From: Nitrospirales bacterium
Lineage (GTDB): Bacteria > Nitrospirota > Nitrospiria > Nitrospirales > UBA8639
Reading direction: 5' to 3'
Length of the DNA: 64,000 bases
NCBI GenBank assembly: GCA_965203295.1
Contig: CBDBCZ010000015.1
Span: 256,001 to 320,000, forward strand
Positions 10,669 to 24,244 of the stretch are shown piece after piece. The notes below the pieces were generated by a model. That model was given only the letters and a program-made list of their open reading frames with translations, did no database searches and had not been told where the DNA came from. Made by a program: the position numbers and the translations under genes. How positions within the stretch are numbered: the stretch's first letter is position 1; every line of letters begins with the position of its first letter.

Positions 10669-12540
10669 CAGTGCTCAGAATCTAAAGAGTAGATTTTCTC
10701 TGCAGGCAGTTTCTGTCAATTTTACTTTAAAAAATGAATGTAGATACTTATGATAACTGTTCATAAGCCTAGCTACTTGATAAATAAGGCTGTGGACTGA
10801 CAATAAAGTACTTTTCCGCCAAGTCTTCCATAGACTGCCGTACTTAGCGGCCATGTTTATTTGACGTCACGGATTATTTGCGTGTCACAGAAATGCCGTA
10901 ACCGTAGGGACTTTCCCGTACTAAACTCGATAATCGCGCGGTTTACACCAAGCTACAGTCTATTGCTCGTGAACAAATCGTCGAAACGCTCGATACTGCT
11001 ACAGACTTACTCTTTACACGGAGAGACCGCCACAGCAGCAGGGCCGACAACGAACAGGTAGCTGCTCTTGCGATATATGCTCGAGTGACGGGGCGGGGGA
11101 GAAAAACTATCAACGGAAAATTGCTTGCGCTCATCCTGTGGTTCCTTCGGCAGCTGTACAGGCCTTCCGTACGCTAGTTTTGCGTCTCTAAAGCCGTAGC
11201 TTCACTGAACACAAGTAGCGTGTCTATGTCGTGACTGTAGGCGTGGTTTGCGTAATCGTCATCATAGGTCGTGTGATGAGTGAAAAACGTCAGAATACGC
11301 AATCAAAATGGTGAAAAATGCCTGCGCAGACGAAAAAAAATTTCTGACTAAACAGTAAGACTCAGGAATTGTTTGAATAGTGGTACATTTGTATCAACTC
11401 TTTAATAGTTGTGTAAAAAAAAAATTGAGAGTTCTCGGACAATAAATTTAAAAGTTACTACCTTAAGGTTACGGGATACTGGCCCGCTTTGATTTAATAA
11501 GTAGTGAGTGAACAATGAATATCTTTGCAACTATGGGCCCTATAGCCACGATCTTTTCAGCATTTATTCATGGCCACTAGTTGTGTACTCAGTACAGAAA
11601 GCTTGTCTGTGAGCCCCTCCCTTGTTTAGATAGCGGTAATGGAAGTTTCAGCTGTTCGCAATAATTTTTCTCGCCAAAAATCGCTGAAGCCACTGCTGTT
11701 ACTAAGCCACTACAGCTCTCTAAGGATTCCTCACTATATTTATGAGGGACTGACGGAGGCTTTTGAAGCAATTATTTACACTAACAGAATGGCAAGTGAA
11801 TAGGTATGGCTCTGAGTGCTCTGGACCACACCTTCTTAGGTTTAAGAGGCTGTATCTCCTGTATCAGAGAGAAACTACAAGAAAAGCCTCCGTCAGTCCC
11901 TCGTGAATATAGTGAGGAATCCTTAGAGAGCTGTAGTGGCCTAGCAACAGCAGTGGCTTCAGCGATTTTTGGCGAGAAAAATTATTGTGAGCAGCTGAAC
12001 TCTCCATTAGCGCTATCTAAACAAGGGAGGGGCCCACAGACAAGCTTTCTGTACTGAGTACACAACTAGTAGCCATAAATAAATGCTGAAAAGATCGTGG
12101 CTATAGGGCCCATAGTTGCAAAGATATTCATTGTGCATTCACTACAAATTAAATCAAAGCGGGCCAGTATCCCGTAACCTTAACGGATAACCCACTCAAA
12201 ACATGAACTTTGGTCATTATCTCTGGTGTTGATTGATCGAGGAAAATATTTCTAACATTCAAAGATACCTTGACCTGACTACTTGTTATATTCAAGGTTT
12301 GAACTTTCTCGGAACAAAGATGTAGATTTAAGCACATTAACCGATTTTCCAAGTCAGGTGTCTTGCAGAGCCCATAGAACCTTTAGGTTATTACTAATTC
12401 AATTAACACCTTTCCCAACTTGTAGCAGATGTATGTAGGTATATGCATACCACTTTTGAGAACCTAACATCAAATTATGTAGTGTGTAGAACATTTAAAG
12501 CAATTTTATCAAAAATCTACTCTTTAGATTCTGAGCACTG
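10669..12540. mobile_element. Tc1/mariner-type non-autonomous element (TA TSD) inside the PRPF31 intron
   Basis: 29-bp TIR CAGTGCTCAGAATCTAAAGAGTAGATTTT at both ends, flanked by TA. Confidence 0.85.
11467..12179. mobile_element. Foldback element with ~300-bp TIRs, GG...CC termini and TTAA TSD (Kolobok-like)
   Basis: TTAA-GGTTACGGGATACTGGCCCGC ... GCGGGCCAGTATCCCGTAACC-TTAA; mirror ORFs 11589..11771(-) and 11806..12057(+). Confidence 0.85.
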
Positions 12541-13006
12541 TATACATACTGAGCTAAGCTCTTTGCTAAGGGCTTCCCTCTGACAGTGAAGATCACTCAC
12601 ATTGGTTTTAATTTCGCACTAGGTGATACACACTTGTTCTGAAGTATCACTGCAAGGAAGTTATGTTATGCACTTTAATTTTCAATAAGTTATGTATAAG
12701 CATGTGCTGCATTTGTATATTTGCATGTAGCTGTAGGTTTAGCAAGCAGCAACTGAAATTGAGCCATGCCTATACATGAATTTAGTCATATTGACTGAGA
12801 AAACTACGTGAATACATGGGGCAGCATGATCACAGTGTACGTTGTTTACATTCCACATCTACCTTTTATTGAAGTTAATGTCTACCCATCATCATGCATG
12901 TAATACAATATACCAGATCTTCCCCCGACCTATCTCCACGGCTGTGAGATTACATCTGGGCGGGAGGTCTGAGTACAGATTACACTTAGAGTACATGTAT
13001 ACAGAC

Positions 13007-13078
13007 CTCTCCAAATGACATCCGGTTGCCTGCTTCCTCATTTCTGTAATCAGATATCTTTCCTTCATTTTCCTCACC
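13007..13078 (-). pseudogene. PRPF31: Orphan PRPF31 exon with 1-bp frameshift
   Basis: AG/GT-bounded 72-bp exon VRKMKERYLITEMRKQA, then a shifted frame reading NRMSFGE; directly precedes IEEDAY in Prp31. Confidence 0.88.
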
Positions 13079-13529
13079 CTGAGATAAACAAAATTAAAAC
13101 ATTTCACAAACAGGTGCATGGTTATGAAAATTAAATGCTCATCCCACCAATGGTGCTAAAATATTTTCTGAGCTAGAAGTAGCAGAGCTGGAAGACAGGC
13201 TACATACATGCAATTGGCTGGGATGCAAGGAATGCTCAGCAGTACTATAGAACCATTCAATAACTCGGCCAGGATTTGTAGAAATGCTTTACATCATGTC
13301 ACCACTGTTAACTACACCCATTTATTCCGCAATGGTAGGAAAACCTTTAGCTCCATTAACTGGAAGGTTTGTATACACACAAGGAACATGATTCCTTAGG
13401 CATTACTCTAGCCGTGTGGGTGTGAATTTAAAGGAGGTACATAAAACCCCAGTGTAACGGTCTCCTATGGGACCCAATTCACTGGCTATTAATATACAGA
13501 GGTGACTTGCCTACAGTATGAAATCCATA

Positions 13530-14150
13530 TTAAGTTTGCACCTTTCCCTCCTGCCTTTTAAAGACTCTAACTCTATATCCCCTCTTACTGCTTCATTGCA
13601 GGTTTTAGAAGAGCAGCCAAGTTTCTTTTTAGCTGATTAGATTCCAAGGAAGCTGTCTGTCGTTTATTGCAAGCCTACACTTCACTACCATTATTCTAAA
13701 GTAGGGTGAAGTACCAAAACTAACATGGAAATTATCCTTCTTGCAACTGTACTGAAAATCCTATTACTTAGAAACCTATAGTTTTTTAATTCCACTATTT
13801 ATTACCTTCTGTACATGACCATCCCTTCAACCATTATTAGTAAATTCAATGCCCAAGTAGCAGTAACTTAAACCCTTGGAATGTCTGCATTTATTACAAA
13901 AGCCCGGTACTACATCTAATTAACATTTGTAAGTCCTCAGCATTTAGTAGTTAAACCTACAAAATCATTAGCAAACATTAGACCCCCAACCTTAACATCC
14001 TTCTCCTTTTTAATAGTAATGCCAATCCCAGCCTTCTCAACCTCTTCTAGAGAACATGGCAAAATACTACAACCCTGTGCCACTCCCTGACCTATATTGA
14101 ATGGTTAGGAATTTTTCCCTCTAGTAAAACAGCACTCATAAGAACCTTGC
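13530..14150 (-). mobile_element. Degenerate LINE reverse transcriptase fragment (copy A, 3'-truncated)
   Basis: Paralog of 40612-41230; GVAQGC and LMFANDF (degenerate YADD-region) motifs. Confidence 0.8.
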
Positions 14151-16160
14151 ATACAAAAGGAAAGTTCTCTGAATACCGCAAAGTGAAGTTAATGTGAGTA
14201 GTTGAAATATTGGCGGAGTTTCGAAAGTTGGTACTCAGAGAATATTCATTTCTTAAGAGAGTAGATTTCAAATAACGTCTCCTTACATATTTAACATTAT
14301 TTCAAGTGATGCTCTCAAAGTGGTGTACATGTTCCCACAGCGTGAAAGTCTCAGGCAAAACCACTTACAGCCTTATAATTGTATTGTTGCGAAAAATACG
14401 TACAATTTGGCTGAAAAGAAGAGAATTAGACCTCCTTTTTGTAGGTGATTCCGAACACAGTAAACCTGATGCATGTACCCTGTCTGACACAGCTTGGAAG
14501 AGCAGACTCCAAGTGGATCAATGTTACAGGCAAAAGATCTTCAGGAAATGTTTAGAAATGTTTTGTCTGCAACTTGAGAGATTTTTTGAAAATAATAACA
14601 CCTACATGTACGTTAAACAGTTGGTTGTGAAACATTGAAATCGCCTATAAAATTATTGTTGAACTTTGCCACAACGATATTCCATCACTCTAAATTCATA
14701 AATGAGTTTTGAAGATGTTACAAATCACCTTTGAAACTCACTGACAAAACCGAAATACGATACATTTCATTAATGTTAACTATGTAGCCTGAACTTTTCA
14801 CCACAGACTGTTCAATATAGGAGCTACTACATGAGTTTCACCTTAAAATGTGATGTTTTGTCTGAAATTTTGATCCACTTGGAGTCTGCTCTTCAAAGGT
14901 GGGTCAAACATGGTGCATCTGGTTTACTGTGTTCGCCTGGAGGACTAACTCCCAACGCTTCCTTTATCAGCCAATTACCAATTTCAACAACAGGGTTGTA
15001 AATTCCTTTGGTTTTACCAATCTAATCAAGACATTTATGTTGGCAGATTTACTTGTACCACTTTTAAGAAATCAACTCCAAACCCTGTAGAAAATATATG
15101 GAACAGCATATACGTATGTACATACATATCTACTCTTGCTCGGGAGCATGCAAAAGGGGTGAAACTTTTACCACTGTGATCCATAGGAGAAAGTAGGATT
15201 TTCCATTTTGGTGCAAACATTGTTGTTGAAGACATTCATGACCCTTCCAGCACCTAGGCCTTGGACTAGAGAGCTACAAATTAGGGTTCAAGTCATCAAG
15301 TGCCAATCCAGTGAAGTACAAGCCACAGCATGGCTCATATCACTCTCCAAATGCAACATTGCACAAGCAAAGCACATCACAACTACATGTAAATCACAGC
15401 TACATGCATATGTACATGTAAATAAATCTTGAAGATATTCAAAGCACAATTAAGCCACCCTACAAAATGTCTGTATTGCTCATGGCACCTCACAAGCAAG
15501 GCAATACCTGACAGAGGTTCCAGTTTAGATAAAATGATCAGGGAGCTGAATATACGTAAAACTCACAGCGGAGCACCCATACATTGTATATGAGTATAGA
15601 TCCAGAGTAGGTTACACTGCTCCTGCACTAGAATTAGGCTAGCTAAACTGCTGCGTTTCAAAACCTAAATGACACACCACACCTTGTGACATGCTATGGC
15701 ACCTCACAAGGAAGGCAAAATTTGACAGAGGTTTCAGTTTAGATAAAATGGTGTGGGAGCTAAATCTAAAATCGCAGCAGAGTGTATAGATCCAAAGTAA
15801 GTTACACTGTTCCTGCACTAGAATTGTCAAACGACAGCAAGCTACACCACCAGACCACCAGAGTTCATATGATTACAACTGGGGCTACCAAATGCCTCAA
15901 ACTTTAGTTTCTGCTATTCTGTTAGTAGCACATCGTCTACTAATGTACTATCTATGCCTTACCCCAACATAGCTGCACAGCCTTGCCTCAGCTGCTCAGT
16001 GCACTCATTCACTGTCGGCAAACTAACATAGTACTCTACACTCCTCGACCTTCAGCTGCTCCACTCTGAGTAAATATCCCCCAATGTCATTCAGTACCTA
16101 ATCTATTCGACACTGCATGTCTGTCACTCAGCCCCAAGATAGTGTCAGCAGACTCAACAA

Positions 16161-16314
16161 CAGAGTTAAAAATAAGGCTTTGGGTTTGGCTGGCCAAAAT
16201 AAAATTTTGATTGGCCATCTGTACAATTTTATACAAATAAGATCAAATTTTGGGTGGCCATTGCAGAAAATTCCACAGAAAATGGCCAGTGGCCAGCTGT
16301 TATTTTGAGCTCTG
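16161..16314. mobile_element. Small CAGAG-terminated MITE present only in copy A
   Basis: CAGAGTTAAAAATAA ... TTATTTTGAGCTCTG; flanks CAACAA / CAAGAA; copy B has a single CAAGAA at ~43090. Confidence 0.7.
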
Positions 16315-19300
16315 CAAGAAGCCACCAAAAGCAACCTTAGAGCACCTAAGATTCAAAGGGAATATTCAGCTAAATGTTTTCCCACCCCAACCAAAAAAAT
16401 CTGTATGAAAATCTGTATAAAGATCTGACTAGGTCTACCATTAAGGACTAAAATAGCTTTTCACCACTACATTAGGTATGCAGTAGAGTTATAAGACTGT
16501 TGTTCTTTCCCTGATTCCTTGGCTAGCTGACACATAATAGATAGACTAACAGAAAATTAACACTAGCAGAGTTGTAGTATTAGAGTGATAGTTATACATA
16601 TGTACATCATAGCCAAATTATGTTATGGTATCTACTAGGAGGTGCTGATGTCTCAGTACAAGACTACATTCTTAACACCAATACTCATAGAACTTTCATG
16701 TAGTATTATAAGCAGGGTGTCCAATATCAAATATCATTAGACATTGGACTTGTCTTGTTTGATCTGGCTCACTCACCCAAAAACAGTACAGGCTGGTAAT
16801 CCAATAACATGATCTAGTACACATGTAGGCTCACATGGGAACCCACCACTAGCTCAAGAATTCTCACTCGGCACATTTTTTGAATTGGCTAGCACAAGTA
16901 TTCAAAATAACTCCATAGCTCAGTTGGTTCCTATGCTCAACAGGATATTATTATGACAGGAACACATGCTAGTAGAATAGCACAGCTCCAGTCTGGGATC
17001 ATACCTGCACAAACAGTTACCTTTCTGGAAAGGAATCTCCAATCTCAAAAGGGTTGTGATAGCCACAATACCCATGCAGTTTTGACGGAGTGACAGCACC
17101 AGTTGTTGTGATCTTGGATTTGAAAGTATAACTATGCACTGCAGTTCGGATTTTCTGCAAAGCGTATTCTGTCATCTGATTGGTTCAAGGAAAGCACACT
17201 TCAAAAGTCTCCCTCTCCTACATAGCTCCATGTACAACTAATAGAGATCGCCATATCATGGTATGGTGGGACTACTGAAGTCGTGGTAGCTGTGACAGGT
17301 GTTACATTGACAGAACAGAAACTGTACATGTATGCAGTGTACATGTATAGTTCATCATATGTATGTATGAAGATCAAGCGTCTTAATTGGGCTTAGACAT
17401 GCATAACAATGTCTGTATAGCAGCCACTCAGTATGTTCACAGATCTGAGGTATCATCCTGAACTTACTGCAGCAGTTTTATACAGGAAGTTTGAATGTAC
17501 ATCTCTTGCTTGCAATCAGTTTAGCTTGTAAACTCTCAATGCCTAAACCTAAAGAATTTATCGTTACAGGGGGTACTTTGTAAAATGTACGTTGTATGTA
17601 AAATGTACGTTGGCTTTTTCACAAGAGTGTTTTAAACCCAGTTTTATATCCCAGAACGCATCTTACCACCCCAAAACACTCATTTTGGATATCCTGCCTT
17701 TCAAAAAAATTATATGCCTGCACACTTCTGTCAGACACAATTGAGCCCTAGCTGCCTTACAAACTTCAACCAACTCACACCAAATACATGTTAGTTTTTT
17801 TACATACCACCCATCAAAGCACTTCCTATAAATCTTCACAAATTTTCACACAGCTAGCAAACCACAGCTCGCTATGGACTGTAAAGGTTAAAACTATAGC
17901 CTACATAAGATGGGCAACAACCTGTCAGGATAATTATCAGTCTGTCTGGCTGACTCATAGGCACTTCAGCCGCCTAACAAACTTTGTGGAACACACCAGC
18001 TGACTATTCAGCCATAATTAGCCTATATGCTTCTCACCACTATAATAATACATGGTCCTATTTAAAATTAAAAAATTAAAAGGCAACATTGCTGCTCAAC
18101 CACATCAAAGTGTCAATATCACACAGCAAAGAGCTGTTATCCACATTAAAGGGACATATCCCTCCAGTTGATTCCAGTTGCCACCATGGAAAACATAAAC
18201 ATATAAATTAATGCCATGTGAATGACGTCTTTCATTATTTATTCATGAGAAGAACCACGCAAAGCGGTACCACCTCAACCTCATGCCTCAGCTAATGCAA
18301 TGCCATGTATAATACCAAAAATTCTAATTACTCAAAGTCCACATTTAATTGTTCACAATCCATGAGTGTGTTCTCTGATTATTGAAAAGCAGGCTCTTAC
18401 AACAGTTCGTCTAAAAAACACTTAGAAAATGTGTACCATGCTCCAACCAAAGAGAGTAGATTTGAGGTTACAACCACTTTGCCACAAAGTACAAATATAA
18501 CATGGACATGCTTTTGAAGCGGTTTCTCAATGTTTTTTTATTTTCCTATATAATAGGAATAGGGAAGCCATACAGTACAGAGCAAAAATTTAACTCCCAA
18601 GTTTAGAGAAATAGCGACTCTAAAGTATTTTCGATCTCACTTTACATGTGAAGCCTATGTGTCATGTGACATAGTTAATCGCAAGCGGCAACATATTCTT
18701 GAAACTGAGTGATAATGCCACCACGAACTGTCTGACAACGACAATATGGCCATGCATTCACAGATTTGTAGTGACCTAGTTCATTAAAGCTTATGAGCAA
18801 GTTCGATATACACGCTATCTACATGCAGCACCAAATTTTGCAGGTGAATTTAATACCACAGCTGTTTTGAGAGCACAAAGATTGTGCCATAATTTTTACA
18901 TGTGTATTACTATTTACATAAACATATCAATTTAATACTCATGTTCAATTAATACTATGTGCATGAATTTAACAGGGTGTGTCCAACTGACTGGTCTCCC
19001 TGGGAGTTCTGTATGGAATTCAACGATACCCAATATGATCAGGAGCGCATAATGACTTTTTCTTACGTCATTATGCGCGCCTGGTAAGATACTATGGCAC
19101 TGATTCTGTGGTCCCTACTAATAAGGAGTTCATAATTACGGTAATACCACACTCACCTCCATACTGTCCAAGTTCCTGTGTCCTTCTGATCTTCTGTAGA
19201 TCTACGAGGTCATTAACTTGGACTCGAGAACTCGCTTGCGCTGTATGAGCCAGCCAATCTTGTAGAGTATTTTGAGCTGAAAACAAGATGGACACAACTA

Positions 19301-20806
19301 ATTAACCCAGGGGTGGAGAGTACCACTCTGGCTCTTGTACAGGCCTTGGTAGTATTTCACCATCCTGGGTACATGAACCCCGACGCTCATAAGCCCCTGT
19401 CGGTACCCAATTCACACATTCCTTGACAGATGGGTGCAACGCACTTACAAGAAAATTATGGAACCTTCTTGTCCCCTCCTGTTCCACATCTTCGTACTTG
19501 CTCAGCTGGTCCTATAATTTAGGCCATCATCCAATGGTTGGAAAACAATCTAGTGGCACTTGCAAGTTGTCTGATAGTATAGTGCAGAGGCATTTATGCG
19601 GATCAGTGATGGCAGACCTGGGCCATGGGGGGCGCAGCTAGCCAAGAGTTCCGAGGTACTTGAGATGGGGCAGAGTACGTTACAGCCATGCATAGCTGCG
19701 GGGCCCCGAGAGGGGTCTAGAAATCAAGTGCCACGTACGGATCCACGGTTCGGAAATTGCTAGCGAATGCCACTGATCCATGCTGCTGCGAGGGTACAAC
19801 TCCAGCTAGTCCAGTCCACGTGGTGTCGACCTCAACGCGAGATATCACCATGATTTACAGGCTTTGTTCTGACACTGCACCCTGGGGGGCTAGTCGTATT
19901 GCGTGCTGGCCGCTAAAAGGAAGCCTTGTCTTCGATGCCTTGAAAACGGAGTAAGGTATGAGCATGCTCTATAATGTATCTAGTATATACACTATGTATA
20001 AATAAGATAAGAATGCGAAATTAATATCACAAGGTTACGCACAGCCATTGCCTATTCGCCGTACTTGTACAGGCATCTTGCAACGTGCACTTCAACGCGC
20101 ACTTGCAAGGCCTCCGACCACACGTGTTCTGGTATTCAGCAAACGGCATAATGAATGTGATTAAGCTTATCTTAATTGCTGTAGAGCATTATTAGGATGC
20201 TTCCTAAATGCTCAGTGACACTGACACATGGTGTATAATTTGGTATTGCCACTACTTGTAACTCAGCAGCAGTGACAACGCTTGTCCAGTACACTACACG
20301 TGATGCCTACAGTCTACTAATTAGTATGGGACAATGCATGGGACAATCATGCACACGATATAAATTGGCAGGGCTTGTTTGTTTCATCTCCATTGCTTCT
20401 AAAATGATAACTGTAGAGAGTAGAGTAGAAGAGCTGACCTTCTACTTTATTCTTCATAGAATGATCACTGCATCGATTCACTTAGTCTAGAGCGTCTGGC
20501 CAGGAGGGAGGGGGGGAGGCTGGCAACAAGGCTAGTACAAGGCTAGTACCATAAGCTAACTGCTCATATAAAGGGCTGAGAGCCATACTGGGCCAATGGT
20601 GGTCTAGATTATTCTAGCAATTAAACTTCTTCCCCGTTTCTTGTTTGTGTCCCAAATGAATGTAGGAAGTCATGTTTGCACTGCAACATTGGGGGCTCAC
20701 TCCCCAAATGAAAGAATTCATGTTTTTCTATTGTAAGCGCCAAACCATGGGGGAGGTCTGGGAATGACGTTATACTACGCACTGCTGTACATTCTATAAG
20801 TGTGTG

Positions 20807-20889
20807 TAGCCTCGTTCCCAGTCTCCACTCCCCAGCTTTTTTGCATGCTGGAAAAGGTTGGTGAGAAGTGGAGATTGGGAACGGGGCTA
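20807..20889. mobile_element. TAGCCTCG-type hairpin MITE (paralog at 48020-48102)
   Basis: TAGCCTCGTTCCCAGTCTCCACT ... AGTGGAGATTGGGAACGGGGCTA; TSD degenerate. Confidence 0.7.
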
Positions 20890-21202
20890 CTCAGTGTGTG
20901 TGTGTGCTAATAGTACATTCCACCCTATGAAGCAATCTAAGACTTCTGTAATGCTGCAGTGTTACCATGTTATGACTGGTTAGATGCATGTTACTACTTA
21001 TAAATAATCCTACGTACATTCAAGCCACAAAACAAGGGGTAGAATACTAGGGCTAATTACTAAATGGAACACTTATCCCTGTCCCTATTAAAACGCACTG
21101 GACCCTATAGGTTTCCTGTCTCTTTCCTCGTTATCTTCACTGAAGTTGATTAGCACAGTACAGTTTTTAGCAGACCGTTACTGTGATCTCTTTCTCACAC
21201 AG

Positions 21203-21450
21203 ATTATAGTAGTAATGTACTAGCCAATCAAATCGCTAGAAATGGCAACTATAGTCCTCATTTCTGCAATTTAATTGCCTAGTATGTTACTACTATAGCC
21301 CACCCGGATTATGGCTCAACCTCCATTATTGGCCTTGGAAAAAAAAATTCTCTCAGAATGTGCTAGGCAGAGCCCTTGTCCTCCCTCAGGAAAATTACTT
21401 TCCTCGGCCAATAATGTCAGTTAGAGCCCTCATTGTGGAGCACTAACTAT
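21203..21450 (-). mobile_element. Palindromic family, locus 4 (degenerate, reverse orientation)
   Basis: Minus strand starts ATAGTTAG and shares GAGGGCTCTAACTGACAT with the 38706 element; hairpin arms CATTATTGGCC/GGCCAATAATG; second IR TATAGTAGTAA/TTACTACTATA. Confidence 0.6.
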
Positions 21451-22399
21451 TACATTCTTGCTCTTCTCCCACCTGCATACGTTAGCTAGCTAGCCCTATA
21501 ATAGCTGTGGCCATGCCACTGTCTTCAGTAAATCAATCCCAGTCTTCACCTCAGCTGCATTATTATAATATTATGTTACACATGTGTAACTGTTAATTGC
21601 TGAGCGCCTTAGCACAAGGAAATTAATGTCTCCGCTTTCGGCCCCGGGGACCACCCTGGGGGGAGGCACATGTTCAAGACTTTGTATTGCTGGCGCATAA
21701 ACAATCAGAGAGTTATTCAAGTGGATCACTGTGTTTTACCAAGGTTGTCTTATTGCAGCTCCAATATCACTATAGTTTGAGTAGCTTCTGTTCAGTAGAG
21801 ACGTGACGGCCTGACGGTATCGTGGCAAATCGAGCGCTATGAACAGAAGCAAAGCCCAGTGACTCTGTGTCAACCATAGCTGGGCCTTGAAAGTACGTTT
21901 CAGACAGAGACATCCACCTACTGACATGCTGAAAGTGTAGTCACATTGTTGTAGCAGCTTCCAAAGTGGGTGTGGTTTGCGATTCCTCTCGATCTAGCTT
22001 TCCATGTGTCTGCGCGAAGCCTCACTGTGCATGTGTATGTCTAGTAGAGCCATTGGGTGAGGACCTTGGTGGCGCAGTAATACTATTTAGTGCAAGCTCA
22101 GTCTGGTAACCAATTTTCTGGCTAGACCCTGTATGAATAATCTCATGAATATAAATAATACTGTTGTAGCTTTATCATACCAGCAGGGTTAAAAGTTCAA
22201 GTACTGGGAGTTTATCTACAGGGGACAGATTTTATGTTTCCATGCACATACACATAACAGCACATGTCCTCTTGTCTCTTTACCTCCATTATACAATGTT
22301 AGAACTGCCCTGAAAGGTAGGATAATTAATGGTCAATTACTTATACTATGTTTCAGGGACCATTATGATTAATTATTGTACAGTTCAGGGAAAGTCCAT

Positions 22400-22790
22400 T
22401 AATTGCAGACATATGGGTAAAAATGATAATAGGCAGTGTAAGCTATGCAGAGAAGAATGTGAAAGTGTAGTACATGTGCTCTGGCAGTGCTCTGTGTATG
22501 ATACTATTAGAAATCTTTTGGGGGGGGGGAGGTTCTGAAGAGTTTAGTACATTCAATAATTTTAAGAGAACAGGCTTTGTTTTTAGGGTGTGAGATTTGG
22601 GACAGGTATGATTTTAAGGCTTTATTAAAACTACTAAGATGTATTAATCTGGATACTAAGAAGATATTTGATCAGGATGTTGTAACATCCTCTTCCTCTT
22701 GTCTTTCGACTGGAAATCTTACAAGCTCTGCCTGTGTAGGTGGGTGTGTGGTCAATGGCATAAGTGCTACGGCAGCGACATGAGAATATT
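22400..22790 (+). mobile_element. LINE 3' end fragment (CCHC zinc knuckle + tail); absent from copy B
   Basis: CKLCREECESVVHVLWQC and WDRYDFKALLKL; homologous to 39830-40240(-) and 34975-35370. Confidence 0.8.
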
Positions 22791-24244
22791 ATACATACAT
22801 GTAGTTATCCTACGTTGTAGGGCGTTCTAACATTGTGCACAACCCAGATAATTCATCTTGCAGTTATCAGTTGGGTAAATTGCTGCAAGATAGATCTGGG
22901 CAAGAAGTCATATAATGTTATGGTAGGAGGTTAGACAGCCCTTCAGTGATGTAGCGTGCACATTTATTCCAAGAGATGTATGTGCGTGTAACATGTAGCT
23001 AGCCTGTGTATTAACGTACTGCATGACATACGTACAATAATGTGACTTTGCAACCCCCATTACATCATAACAAAGGTCCATTGTACCTAGATAGCAAGTG
23101 TTCCCACTTTCATTATTACTAATTAGTACAAGGTTATAACAGTTTATTTTCCTGATAAAAGGTGATTAGTAAGTGGCAATGCTATGCATGGCTTCAGCTT
23201 GGTTAGCAGAATATTAAATGTGTGCATACCTTGTAGCTAGTATTGCTATGCTTATATTGTTCAATGAACATGAAAATAAAATATAACATTATACAACTAT
23301 TGAGGCGATCATCCGTGCTATCTCTGTACACACACCACCTCCTACACAACAAAATTCAGGTATTTAGTGTAAACACCCCTCTAGTTTTTTAGTAAGTATT
23401 TTACAATAATATGCAGTTTTATTGCAGACATTGTAGTTTTCTTAGTGCAAGTGGGTGGTACTTTTCCAGGTGTTACACAATCATGTGCACTCCTTATGGT
23501 AGTACAAGTAGGAGTGCACATGCAACACCCAGAAAAGAGTTCATTAGCAATGCATGGCTACCTTAACATACAATCCTGCATTTTGAAAAGGTTTTCTAGA
23601 ACATGTACTTAAGTGAAAGAAGTTACACAGAGAGTAAGTGGATGAATGCTGTACAGTTGACCATGCCAACTACAAACTGCACCTCTTTTTATTAATCAGC
23701 CTTATTAATAATGCAAATATGCAAATAAGACACCAAAAATAGGAGCACCTCTCAGTGAATTGACGATACCAAAGTGCGCATGTGCTTTCTACGTACGCTC
23801 CTATATAGAAGCGTAAATGTACGTAAGCGCTCGAGTGTGCGGAGCATGCAATCGTGATCGATTACGTAATCTGAGCCACCGATAATTACGTAATCATCTA
23901 CGCTGCCAATGATTACGTAATGCGACGGAAGCTCATGATACATGTACACGAGGCCGAGTCTGCACTTCGCGGTCACGTACCCAGTCGTCTATGATGTACA
24001 GTTCAGCATCAAATAAAAAATACCAGGCAGGTAACGCATGTGCACAAATTGTTAAGAGAACCGTCTAGAAGAGAGAATACGCATGCATGCACACAATAAC
24101 AGTCTCACAATTACAAGGTCAAAAGAAAACTCACATTAGAGCAACACAAGAAAAACCTCACAACTACATGAACAGAGCATATGCAAGTAAGCATAAGGTT
24201 TGTTCCCTTGTATGTATAGAAAGAGCCATCATCAACCGTCCTTA

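Noticed and set aside
11589..12057. Two near-identical ORFs on opposite strands
   Set aside because: Produced by the long TIRs of a foldback element; no coding signal
19290..19960. GC-richer block with several short ORFs conserved in both copies
   Set aside because: Conservation is explained by the recent duplication; no domain recognised
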